A stretch of 64,000 nt of DNA from Candidatus Krumholzibacteriota bacterium (GTDB lineage: Bacteria > Krumholzibacteriota > Krumholzibacteriia > JAJRXK01). The translations under genes and the position numbers were made by a program. The DNA is taken from the NCBI GenBank assembly GCA_963806035.1, contig CAWDWO010000031.1, forward strand, positions 40,777-104,776, given 5' to 3'. The notes under the pieces were generated by a model. It worked only from the letters and a program-made list of their open reading frames with translations, had not been told where the DNA came from and did not search any database. This document shows positions 18,707-27,624 of the stretch, piece after piece; position 1 is the stretch's first letter, and each line of letters begins with the position of its first letter.

Positions 18707-20035
18707 TCAGTCCTTTTCCCGCCAAACCAAAGTCCAGTGACCCAAACCGTCGTCGTCGCGGAAGTAGTAGGTTTCGCCTCGGGCGAGATAGTGCCACAGT
18801 TCGTATTCCGCGTTGCTGCTCTGCAACATCGTCTGGCTCTCGATGCTGTCCGGAGGACCCAGTCTCACGTAGACGCGCCCACGGTCGCTGATGGCGCCAT
18901 CCGAGCTTCCGTCGCGGAAATTCTCGCGGGCGTAACTGACGCGCTCGTAATGCTCCTTCAGACGGGGATTGCCGGGTGACTCGGGGTCCGGATCGCGACG
19001 CTGCCAAAACGCCCTCCAGGCCTCGCGCCGATCTGGTGCGGGCGTTTGACGCAAGCTCTCCAATTCCGCGTCGCTGGCGATTCCCTCGATGACCCGCAAA
19101 TTGGATTCCCACTGCTTGTCCGAGCTGGTGTCCAGGCCGAAATTCTGGAATTCGAGCTTCCTATCGTCCCCTCCGACCAACACCACCTTCAACTGATTCT
19201 TCCCCTGCGTGCAGGCCCCAGGGGGCAAGCGCAAAAGAACCGAGTGCTCCTTCATTTGGCTCGCGATCCGAACCCGCCGGGACCAGCGTATCCTGCCGTT
19301 GCCGTGATCATCCCGGATCTCGAAAGCCAGGCTCAGCGAATCTCGGTCACTCGCCGAGCGGAAGTCATAGATTTGCACCAGAACGTAGGGATCGCCCGAG
19401 GAGAGATCGAAGAGAGGATAGTTGGAACGGGCGAAACCCTTGGCGAGCTGTCCCGATTGCAACGAGATCAGATTGGTGTCGGTTTCCGCGAAGCTCGCGG
19501 GATCGCGGGGATGGTAGAGCGCGACGTCCCCCAGCGCGATCCCTCCGGGCGGAAGATGGGGGCGCCCGAGTGTGAATTCACGCTTCCCCCAGCGGCGCGA
19601 GCCCTCCAGGTCCATCCGCACGTTCACGAGGACCTTTTTGGCTGGACTCGGCGCCAGCGGGAACTCCAACTCTCGCTTGAGAACCGTGGAGGCCCGCGTC
19701 TGATCGTAGTCCTCCACGAAGACTTCCCCATCCCACTCCTGCGAGCGCAGAGCCTTTTTCGATTCGTCGCGCTGCACCACTCGCAGGTGATAGCCCGCGC
19801 GGAATCTGCCGTCGTCCTGCTTCAGGAAAATGAGATTGCGGTAGGGCACCGAGATCGTCACCACCGCTTCGGGGCGCCCGGTGTCGTCGAAGCCGGCCTT
19901 GACCTCGCTGTCGTACCAACCGTGCGGTCCGCCACCCCAGTCGCCATCCGCGAATTTACGCTGGGCGTGGGCACAGGAAGTGCCGAGCACGAGGAGAGCA
20001 ATCATTGCCAGGAGAGTCGGCGTAGGGTGCCGCAT
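18707..20035 (-). CDS. Secreted GWxTD domain-containing protein (copy 2)
   Basis: Signal peptide from ATG 20035; FWQRRDPDPESPGN..EHYERVSYA..GAISDRGRVYVRLGPPD..YELWHY. Confidence 0.85.
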   Translation of the reverse strand: MRHPTPTLLAMIALLVLGTSCAHAQRKFADGDWGGGPHGWYDSEVKAGFDDTGRPEAVVTISVPYRNLIFLKQDDGRFRAGYHLRVVQRDESKKALRSQEWDGEVFVEDYDQTRASTVLKRELEFPLAPSPAKKVLVNVRMDLEGSRRWGKREFTLGRPHLPPGGIALGDVALYHPRDPASFAETDTNLISLQSGQLAKGFARSNYPLFDLSSGDPYVLVQIYDFRSASDRDSLSLAFEIRDDHGNGRIRWSRRVRIASQMKEHSVLLRLPPGACTQGKNQLKVVLVGGDDRKLEFQNFGLDTSSDKQWESNLRVIEGIASDAELESLRQTPAPDRREAWRAFWQRRDPDPESPGNPRLKEHYERVSYARENFRDGSSDGAISDRGRVYVRLGPPDSIESQTMLQSSNAEYELWHYLARGETYYFRDDDGLGHWTLVWREKD

Positions 20036-20039
20036 GAAC

Positions 20040-20726
20040 TCAGGGAGACGCCACGGCAAGATCCGATTCGATCGCCCCATCGCGCAGACGCACGATACGT
20101 TTGGCGTGCGCAGCGATCTCTTCCTCGTGCGTGACGATGATGACGGTGTGTCCCCGCGCGTGTAGCGCATCCAAGATCTCCATGATCTCGTCACTGGTTC
20201 TGGAGTCCAGGTTACCAGTGGGTTCGTCGGCCAAGAGAATGGAAGGCTGGTTGACGAGAGCTCGAGCGATGGCCACTCGTTGATTTTGTCCTCCCGACAA
20301 CTCGTTGGGACGATGATGAATCCGTTCCTGAAGACCCACGGCCTGAAGCGCTTCTCGCGCCCGGCGCTCCCGCTCGGCCGCGCTCTTCCCGGCATAGATC
20401 AGCGGAAGTTCGACGTTCTGCGCCGCGGTCGACCTCGGGAGCAGATTGAAGGTCTGAAACACGAAACCGATCTCCCGGTTCCGGATGGCCGCCAATTCAT
20501 CGTCATCCAGCCGATCGACCTGCGACCCTTTCAGACGGTACGATCCACTGGTAGGGGTGTCAAGACAGCCCAGAATGTTCATGAGGGTGGACTTGCCCGA
20601 GCCCGATGCCCCCATGATCGCCAGGTACTCTCCCTCCTCTATGGAGAGAGTGATTCCACGCAGAGCGTGAACCCGGTGGACGCCGAGCTGGTAGATCTTG
20701 TGTACGTCCTCGATCTGAATCAGCAA
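20040..20726 (-). CDS. MacB/LolD-family ABC transporter ATP-binding protein
   Basis: [51 protein letters not shown]. Confidence 0.95.
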   Translation of the reverse strand: MLIQIEDVHKIYQLGVHRVHALRGITLSIEEGEYLAIMGASGSGKSTLMNILGCLDTPTSGSYRLKGSQVDRLDDDELAAIRNREIGFVFQTFNLLPRSTAAQNVELPLIYAGKSAAERERRAREALQAVGLQERIHHRPNELSGGQNQRVAIARALVNQPSILLADEPTGNLDSRTSDEIMEILDALHARGHTVIIVTHEEEIAAHAKRIVRLRDGAIESDLAVASP

Positions 20727-20743
20727 GTCGACGCTCCCGCCTC

Positions 20744-22234
20744 TCAGCGGCCGGTGGCTCGGTCGATCTTCGCACGCGCGATGAAAAAGTCGGCGACGGC
20801 ATTCACCGCGTCGCCCCTCGCCTGGGCCAAGCTCTGCTGGGCATTGATCACGTCCAGGCTGGTTCCGGCTCCCACCTTGAAGCGTTCGGAGGCGAGCCTC
20901 AGGTCTTCCTCAGCCTGATCGATCGTCTCGCTGGCCACCTGGAAACTCTCCTTGGCTTCGATGAGGTTGTTCAAGTAGCCGCTCAATTCGCTCTCCATCG
21001 TCAGCTCGGATTGACGCAGATTGTACTCGGCGCGGCGCTTTTGGGCCAGAGCCTGGCGGGAGCGATTTTTCGTCTGGAAGCGGTCGAAGAGATTCCAATT
21101 CATCCGCGCCCCCCAGCTGTACTGGCGGTTTTTCTGCGCACCGAAGCGATAGGGGGTTTCACTCTGGCTCAAAGATGCCTGCCCAAAAATGGAGAGCTGG
21201 GGCCAGTAACCAGCATGCGCCTGGGTGATGGCGTACCCACTCGCCTGCAGATTCTCGCTCGCGGACTTCAAATCGAGCCGGTCCTGACGCGCCTCCTGCA
21301 CGAGCTCAGAGAGCTTGGGCAGCTCGATCGAGGAGATGTCCTTGGGCAGGTCTGAAGCCAATTCGAAGCGCTGCGCACCCGGTATGTTCATGAAGTGGGT
21401 CAAGAGCACGAAGGATTGGCGTTCCGAGTTGCGCGCGCGCACGACATCGAGCTGCGTCTGCTTGTAGCGCACCTGTGCCTGCAGGACGTCGCTCTTGGTG
21501 GCGATACCCACGTCGAAGTAGGTCTTGCTGCGATCGAGTTCCTGCTTGGCGACATCCTGCGTTTCCTTGGCCACCTCGACCTGCTTCTGCGCGCGCAGAA
21601 CGTTGAAGAACGCCTCGCTCACATCCTGCACGAGGACCGACTCCTGGTAGCCCAAGTCGGCCTCGGCGGCGCGGACCGCCGCCTGACTCTGCTTGATGGA
21701 GGCTATTCGTGAAAAGCCGTCGAACACGGTCCAGTTGGTGGAGAGACTGGCGGATTTGAAGGTCTGCAAGATGGTCTGATCCGAGGTGGTTCCCGAGGGT
21801 ACCGAGCTTGCCGTATAGGCGTCCGTGCCGTTGACCTGGAGCGGGCCGAGAGGATTCCCGTTCTGATCCACGAAGTAGATCGGCTGGAAGACGGTACTGT
21901 ACTCCGTCACATCGAAGTCCGTGCGCTGGGCGCGGTTCCAGCTGGCGGAAGCGGAGAGATCCGGCAACCACTGCGCCTTGGCCGCGGTCCGATCGCTTTT
22001 CGCCGCAGCCAGGTTTTCCTCGTACACTCCCAGTGCGGTCGAGCCCACCTTGGCAACCTTCAGGCACTCCTGGAGAGTCACTGGGCTTCCGTCGTAGAGC
22101 CCCTTGATCGACTCCTGCAATTGCTGAAGTTTGACCTCGAGCTGGGCATGGCAGGGGCTGGAAACCGCCGCCAAGAAAAGCAAGCACATTGGCACTGCGA
22201 AGGATACGGTCCGTGCGAAGGACAATCTCTTCAT
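20744..22234 (-). CDS. TolC family outer membrane efflux protein
   Basis: Signal peptide, [46 protein letters not shown]. Confidence 0.92.
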   Translation of the reverse strand: MKRLSFARTVSFAVPMCLLFLAAVSSPCHAQLEVKLQQLQESIKGLYDGSPVTLQECLKVAKVGSTALGVYEENLAAAKSDRTAAKAQWLPDLSASASWNRAQRTDFDVTEYSTVFQPIYFVDQNGNPLGPLQVNGTDAYTASSVPSGTTSDQTILQTFKSASLSTNWTVFDGFSRIASIKQSQAAVRAAEADLGYQESVLVQDVSEAFFNVLRAQKQVEVAKETQDVAKQELDRSKTYFDVGIATKSDVLQAQVRYKQTQLDVVRARNSERQSFVLLTHFMNIPGAQRFELASDLPKDISSIELPKLSELVQEARQDRLDLKSASENLQASGYAITQAHAGYWPQLSIFGQASLSQSETPYRFGAQKNRQYSWGARMNWNLFDRFQTKNRSRQALAQKRRAEYNLRQSELTMESELSGYLNNLIEAKESFQVASETIDQAEEDLRLASERFKVGAGTSLDVINAQQSLAQARGDAVNAVADFFIARAKIDRATGR

Positions 22235-22435
22235 GAAACGACACTCCTTAGGGAGACACAGTGGAGATACTACCACCAGGATGAAGACTGGCCATCATGA
22301 AGTCCACTGGCAAGCCCTCGGCGAAGGACGCAAGCGGAAACTGGTCGCCGACGATCTTGGAACATACGAATCGGCACCCCCCCAACCATACGGGAGAGTG
22401 CCGAGCAAGTTGCAGCCAAGATCTCGCGACGACTG

Positions 22436-23110
22436 CTAGTAGAGCTTGAATCGGTACGGGAGAGTCACCCAGACTTCCACCGCGAAGTCTCTTTGCTTTC
22501 CCGGCTTGAAAATGCAGCGGAGAGCCGCCTTGAGGGCCTCGGCGTCCAGGATCGGGTGGACGCTCTTGACCACCTCGGCCTGCTTCGCCCGCCCGTCGGT
22601 GCCCACGAGAACGTTGACCATGACGGTGCCCTGCAACTCCATGTCGCGCGCAGTCTCCGGGTACTTGGGCGGCACCCATTTCACGATCTCGGGCTTGGTG
22701 TCGAAGGCCACGAAAGTATTACCGCCGGCGTTGGCCGAACCGCCCCCGCTGGGCAAGGGAACGTTGTTCCAGTCATCCGGCAGAGTCTCGGCCAGATCGA
22801 CTTCCTCGTTCACTTCCGCGTCCGGGGCGGCCTCGATCGGCACCTGCGGACGGGGGATTTCCTTGGGCGGAGGCGGGATGTCGATGGCGTCGGGGATGTC
22901 GAGAACCTCGATCTTTTCCTCACGAAGATGATATGGAGTCGGCTTGTACACCGGAGAAAAGAGGAAGATGAGCAGCCAGATCAGAAGCGAGGCGTAGGTC
23001 GAACGACGCAAGTAGACGCCGTAACGGGCTTTGAAGCGTTGGTTCTCGTTGATGAATACGGCTTCGCCGAACTCAAGCTGCGAGTGGTCTCTCACGTGTG
23101 CGTGCGCCAT
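22436..23110 (-). CDS. tonB: Energy transducer TonB
   Basis: TM anchor, Pro-rich linker (IPPPPKEIPRP), YPETARDMELQGTV, FKPGKQ, C-terminal YRFKL. Confidence 0.92.
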   Translation of the reverse strand: MAHAHVRDHSQLEFGEAVFINENQRFKARYGVYLRRSTYASLLIWLLIFLFSPVYKPTPYHLREEKIEVLDIPDAIDIPPPPKEIPRPQVPIEAAPDAEVNEEVDLAETLPDDWNNVPLPSGGGSANAGGNTFVAFDTKPEIVKWVPPKYPETARDMELQGTVMVNVLVGTDGRAKQAEVVKSVHPILDAEALKAALRCIFKPGKQRDFAVEVWVTLPYRFKLY

Positions 23111-23118
23111 GACTGCCT

Positions 23119-23541
23119 CTAGTACTTCGGACCGGGCGTGGACTCGAACTTGTCGTTGAAGCTCACTCGAACCGCATTGGCTTCCTTGAGCTTCTCCATC
23201 ACATCATCCATGACCTTGTACTTGGCACGGGTGTCGGTCTGGAAGGCCACGATCATGAGCGGATTCTCTTTGTACTTCTGCAGCATGATCGGATACACAG
23301 ATTCGAGATTCACGATCTTGTCGTCGATGGAGATCCTGCCCTTGCGGTCGATCCAGATGTGACTCACCAGCTCTCGCTTGGGTTCCACTCCGGACTCCGC
23401 GCGCGGCAGATCCACCGGCAAACCGTCCTCCGTCTTGAAGACCGTGGTCACCATGAAAAAGAGTAGCAGCATGAACACGATATCGCCCATGGAGGCGGTC
23501 GGAATGCTCGTGCTGGACTTGATGTTCTTCTCGAACTTCAC
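23119..23541 (-). CDS. exbD: ExbD/TolR biopolymer transport protein
   Basis: IPTASMGDIVFMLLLFFMVTT; VDLP. Confidence 0.92.
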   Translation of the reverse strand: MKFEKNIKSSTSIPTASMGDIVFMLLLFFMVTTVFKTEDGLPVDLPRAESGVEPKRELVSHIWIDRKGRISIDDKIVNLESVYPIMLQKYKENPLMIVAFQTDTRAKYKVMDDVMEKLKEANAVRVSFNDKFESTPGPKY

Positions 23542-23552
23542 GTCGGCTTCCT

Positions 23553-23969
23553 CTAGCTCTTCAACATCTTGATGGCCATGCGGCGGGCCTTGGCCAGACG
23601 AACCTCGTCCAGAACCGCCACCATCGAACCGTAATCGGCGTCGGGGTGCGTGCTCAGGATGACGACCAGCTTGTTGTTGGCCTTGAGTCTGCGAATCAGT
23701 TCGTTCTTGATCTGGCTGATCCGAATCGGCACTCCGTCCAGAGTGACCTGATTGAACGCATCGATCTTCAGATCCGCGACGTTGGACTGCTTGACCTTGA
23801 CCTCTTCCGTCGAATCCGTCTTGGCCGGGAGAATGAGCGGAAGTCCAAGCTCTTGATTGAAGATCGTCGCGACCATGAAGAAGATGAGCAAGAGAAAGAC
23901 GATATCCGAGATCGACGCCATGTTGATCTCGGCGACACCTTGCTTCCTGCGCTTCAAGTTCACAGCCAT
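23553..23969 (-). CDS. exbD: ExbD/TolR biopolymer transport protein
   Basis: INMASISDIVFLLLIFFMV; ADYGSMVAVLDEV. Confidence 0.92.
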   Translation of the reverse strand: MAVNLKRRKQGVAEINMASISDIVFLLLIFFMVATIFNQELGLPLILPAKTDSTEEVKVKQSNVADLKIDAFNQVTLDGVPIRISQIKNELIRRLKANNKLVVILSTHPDADYGSMVAVLDEVRLAKARRMAIKMLKS

Positions 23970-24021
23970 GATCTATCTACTCCGCTTAAACCCTCATCCG
24001 CGATTCTGAGTTCCCCTGGCC

Positions 24022-24891
24022 TCAGGCGGGTGGACCAATTTGTGTCAGCTCTTCCACCAGCTCGGCCGAGGTCTCCTCCATTTCAATGATAAAGCGATCG
24101 ATCACCGAGAGAAAGAAGCTGTAGCCAATACTGGCCGGAATGGCGATTACGAGTCCGGCCGCGGTGGTGATGAGAGCCTCGGAGATACCGCTCGCGACCA
24201 GCTTCGCATTCACCTGGTCGGCGTTGGCGATGGCCTCGAAGGCGTTGATCATACCCGAGACGGTCCCGAGGAAGCCCAGCAGAGGCGCGACGTTCGCCAC
24301 CGTGGAGAGGGCTACCAGTCCGCGCTCCAGGAAGGACATCTCGATGGTGCCCGAGGTCTCGATGGCCTTCTCCACTGCCTCCGGACCTCTATCGGCGCGC
24401 AGCAAGCCGCTATGGAGAATCGCCGCAATCGGTCCTCGGGTGCGCTCGCAAACCTGGGCCGCCTCGGTCACGCCGTCGCTGCGCAGAGTCGTGATGACGG
24501 TGCCAATGAGCCGGCGGGTGTTGGTCCGCGCGCGCGCCAAGGTGACGAAACGCTCGATCAATACCGCGATCATCACGACCGCGCAGAGGAAGAGCGGCAA
24601 CATGAAGTTGCCACCCTTGATGAACAGCTGACCGGCGCCGCTGCGGGCGAGCCAGGGCATGTTCCGCTCGAACCACCCCATGAAGCCGGCTACGGGGGCT
24701 TCGACGACCACGACTTCATCGCTGGAGTCCGAGAGCGACCACGCCAGCGAATCCGCCGTGTTCATGACTCCCTCGAAGTTGAGCGAGTCGGGAGGGGCGG
24801 CGGCGTCCTGAGCCACGGCCGGATGCGCGAGTGCCAGGGTCAGAGCCGCGACGAGCAGGAGGGCGCATGTGAACAGACCATTGCGAGCCAT
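24022..24891 (-). CDS. exbB: MotA/TolQ/ExbB proton channel protein with signal peptide and short periplasmic extension
   Basis: GGNFMLPL, APLLGFLGTVSGMI, GISEALITTAAGLVIAIP. Start at ATG 24891. Confidence 0.93.
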   Translation of the reverse strand: MARNGLFTCALLLVAALTLALAHPAVAQDAAAPPDSLNFEGVMNTADSLAWSLSDSSDEVVVVEAPVAGFMGWFERNMPWLARSGAGQLFIKGGNFMLPLFLCAVVMIAVLIERFVTLARARTNTRRLIGTVITTLRSDGVTEAAQVCERTRGPIAAILHSGLLRADRGPEAVEKAIETSGTIEMSFLERGLVALSTVANVAPLLGFLGTVSGMINAFEAIANADQVNAKLVASGISEALITTAAGLVIAIPASIGYSFFLSVIDRFIIEMEETSAELVEELTQIGPPA

Positions 24892-24987
24892 TGGCTGCCT
24901 TGTCCTTTCCTCGGGTGAAGAATTGCGCGGGTTGTTTGGAGCCGCAGATGACGAAAAGAGAGTCGACCCCGACCCGGAAATATCCGA

Positions 24988-25029
24988 AAAACAGGCAGTA
25001 GTATAAGGAGCCTGTTTTCGCACTGTCAA
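24988..25029 (-). promoter_or_regulatory. sigma70 promoter of exbB with an inverted repeat bracketing the -10 box
   Basis: TTGACA (25029-25024), 18 bp spacer, TATACT (25005-25000); IR AAAACAGGC-N13-GCCTGTTTT (24988-25018). Confidence 0.6.
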
Positions 25030-25056
25030 GACCTGCTTCCGCATCAAAACTACCCC

Positions 25057-26562
25057 TTAGTCCTTGCGAAATGGAGAATTGGAGGTTTCTAGGTGATAGA
25101 CCCCAGTGCCGAGTTGGTCCACGAAGAGGAACCTCAGATCCGTCCCCTCCGACCACTCCGGGGCCTCGCTCTCCAGGAGCGGATCACCGACCTGGTCGTA
25201 GATCCACAGCTCGAATGCGGCGAGAGAATTCAACGATCCGGGAGTCAATCTAGACAGGTCCTGCTGGGTTTCAAAGCGCGATCGATCCAGGGGCACCACT
25301 GACTTGATGGTCTTGCCCGCGCGATCCACTTGGTTGGGATCGTGCACCTTCGCCACCGCCTCCTGGATCTCCTCGGTGTCGTTGGGCACGACATCGAATT
25401 GCTTCTGGGCCGGAGGGCCGTAACGAATGTACACACGCCCGCGCGCGGTCAGAGGCCCCGGCGTTCCCTGCTCGGCGAAAAAGCGCCTGGCGTAATCCAC
25501 GCGGCTCTTGAAACGATCGTAGGCTTCGTTGGCCTTGGTTCCGGGCGTGGGATCGTGGGCCGCCCAAAACTTGTCGAGCGCCGCCGCCCTCGCCGTGCGC
25601 GGCAGGCTCTTCAAACGCTCCCTTTGATCGCCCGTGAACAAAAGTTCGACCTCGAGATCGACCAGGTGTGAATCGCCCAGCAGATGGTTCATGTTCCACG
25701 CCACCACGAAATCACCCTGGCGGGAGTCAGCCTCCGCTTCCAGGGGAACGATGCTCAGGCGATAGCTTCCCTCGAGAAAGGTCTCCAACGGAGCGGAATA
25801 GGTCGCTGCGCGCCGTTCCCCCTCGCCCGCCACCTGGATGGTATCCCCCTGACTGAAACCGCTCAGGGGATCCTCGATGCGTACCGCCAGGGGAACCGCT
25901 TCCTTGGGGGCCCGGTTGAGCTCGAAGTAGACCAGAAGAGTGTCCTGGTTGATCCCGTAGAGACGCTCGGGGTTAGGAAGCTGCGGCCCCTGGACGGTGT
26001 TCCAGCGAAATTCGAGATCGCTCAGGTAGGAGCCGGCGGCCGGGGGCGAAGGAACGACCAGAATTCCCGTCGCCTTGCCTTCCTTGTCCGCGAGCCCCTC
26101 ACCGCTCTTGAGATTGTCCAAATCGATGGTCGCCGCCCAGGCACCGGGTGAAACCCGCCGGCTGAGCTCGAAGAGAGCAAAGCGCTTGGGATCTCGAGTC
26201 TGCTCGAAATCTCCGGCGTCGACCACGAACATCTGCTCGGTGTCGAGCGAGACCTCCCCTTTCCGAGCCAGTTTGAGATGGAGCTTCGCCTTGGCCTCGT
26301 AGCCGCCGTTGGGCCGCTCCTGAAATTGCAATTCCGAGTGGTAGACCACGACCGCCAGGTCCAGACGCGACCCCTCAGCGTCGAAGAACACCGGCAAATC
26401 CGCGCTGAAGTTCAAGTCTCCATCGGAGTGAAGAGACAGGGGAACGCCGGCACGCGCGGGCGAACTGAACGCCCAAAGGGAAAGAACTACGGAGAAAATC
26501 GCGGGTAGAAGATCTCGGCTCGGAATCAACCGAAGCTCGTCGCGTGTTCCTTTTCTTGCCAT
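25057..26562 (-). CDS. Secreted GWxTD domain-containing protein (copy 1)
   Basis: Signal peptide; FWAAHDPTPGTKANE..SRVDYA..GPLTARGRVYIRYGPP..FELWIY..FLFVDQLGTGVY. Confidence 0.85.
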   Translation of the reverse strand: MARKGTRDELRLIPSRDLLPAIFSVVLSLWAFSSPARAGVPLSLHSDGDLNFSADLPVFFDAEGSRLDLAVVVYHSELQFQERPNGGYEAKAKLHLKLARKGEVSLDTEQMFVVDAGDFEQTRDPKRFALFELSRRVSPGAWAATIDLDNLKSGEGLADKEGKATGILVVPSPPAAGSYLSDLEFRWNTVQGPQLPNPERLYGINQDTLLVYFELNRAPKEAVPLAVRIEDPLSGFSQGDTIQVAGEGERRAATYSAPLETFLEGSYRLSIVPLEAEADSRQGDFVVAWNMNHLLGDSHLVDLEVELLFTGDQRERLKSLPRTARAAALDKFWAAHDPTPGTKANEAYDRFKSRVDYARRFFAEQGTPGPLTARGRVYIRYGPPAQKQFDVVPNDTEEIQEAVAKVHDPNQVDRAGKTIKSVVPLDRSRFETQQDLSRLTPGSLNSLAAFELWIYDQVGDPLLESEAPEWSEGTDLRFLFVDQLGTGVYHLETSNSPFRKD

Positions 26563-26604
26563 GGTATCACGGCCCCGTCGGAGTCCAGCCCGGCCCAGGA
26601 CCTC

Positions 26605-27558
26605 CTAGTAGCGGAAAGAGACCGTGACACGATGGACTCCGCCCAGACTCGACATGTCCACGTAGGAATAGTCGAGGGCGGCAGCACTGCGTTCTCCGGT
26701 GTGAATTCGAAATCCGGCGCCGGCGGAAAAGGTCTCCGCGTCGTAGTTCAGATTGTAGCCACCACGCAAGAAGAAGGTCTCATCCATGCCGTATTCCAGA
26801 CCGAAATTGGCGCGCTCGGCATTGTCCGCTGGATGTTGGAACTCGCCCGAAACGAGTACGCTCTGGCGCTCGGTGCGGATGGGCACGAAGCTGACTCCCA
26901 CCTTGAAGGTGGTCGGCATGCGAGCGGGACGGTCATCATAGTTCACTTCGCCGCCCAGACTCTGGATGATCATTCCGATTTTCATGCCGCGAATCCCCAC
27001 CCGGTAGAGGATTCCCACGTCCATGAGGAAGGAGTTCACCGAGGTCTCCGCCAGACCGCTGTGCATGTAATAGCCGGTGAATCCCGCCGAGAACTTGTCT
27101 GTGAAGTACCGGCTGTAGGTGAGCCCCAAGGTGCTCATGCCATTGTCGAAGGTACGTCCCGTACCCTCCGGCTTGAACGCGGTTCGCTCGGGCTCGGGAT
27201 CCATCCAGAGCGCCCGCGCACTGATGGCGAAGGTGCCGGGGATGCTCCGGGGATTGAAGACGTAAGCCGCGTAGCTCAGCTTGATGTCCGCCGGCCACAT
27301 CGTCTGATTCAGAGTCAGCTCGCTACCCCGAATCGACACGATCCCCGCGGGATTCCAGTAGACCGCGGTCGCATCATCGGCAATTGCGGTGAAGGCCGAA
27401 CCGAGTGCGGTTGCCCGCGCGCTCACGCCGATCTTCAAGAACTGAGCCCCGAAGGTACCTACCTTCTCGAACACCTCGGCCGCGCTGGCCACAGTGGGAA
27501 TGGCAGCCATGAGGCTCAGTCCCAGGGCAGATAGAACGAGGACTTTCCGCAGCTTCAT
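26605..27558 (-). CDS. PorV/PorQ (UPF0164) family outer membrane barrel
   Basis: AQFLKIGVSARATALGSAFTAIADDATAVYWNPAG signature; C-terminal HRVTVSFRY. Confidence 0.9.
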   Translation of the reverse strand: MKLRKVLVLSALGLSLMAAIPTVASAAEVFEKVGTFGAQFLKIGVSARATALGSAFTAIADDATAVYWNPAGIVSIRGSELTLNQTMWPADIKLSYAAYVFNPRSIPGTFAISARALWMDPEPERTAFKPEGTGRTFDNGMSTLGLTYSRYFTDKFSAGFTGYYMHSGLAETSVNSFLMDVGILYRVGIRGMKIGMIIQSLGGEVNYDDRPARMPTTFKVGVSFVPIRTERQSVLVSGEFQHPADNAERANFGLEYGMDETFFLRGGYNLNYDAETFSAGAGFRIHTGERSAAALDYSYVDMSSLGGVHRVTVSFRY

Positions 27559-27624
27559 CGATCAACCTCCGCTCGAAAAGAGCAGGTCGGGGACTTGAAT
27601 GCACAGGCCCCCCGTTTTGAGCTC

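Noticed and set aside
18707..20395. 562-aa version of GWxTD#2 overlapping the ABC ATPase
   Set aside because: ORF over-extension; the signal peptide starts at ATG 20035, just after the ATPase stop.
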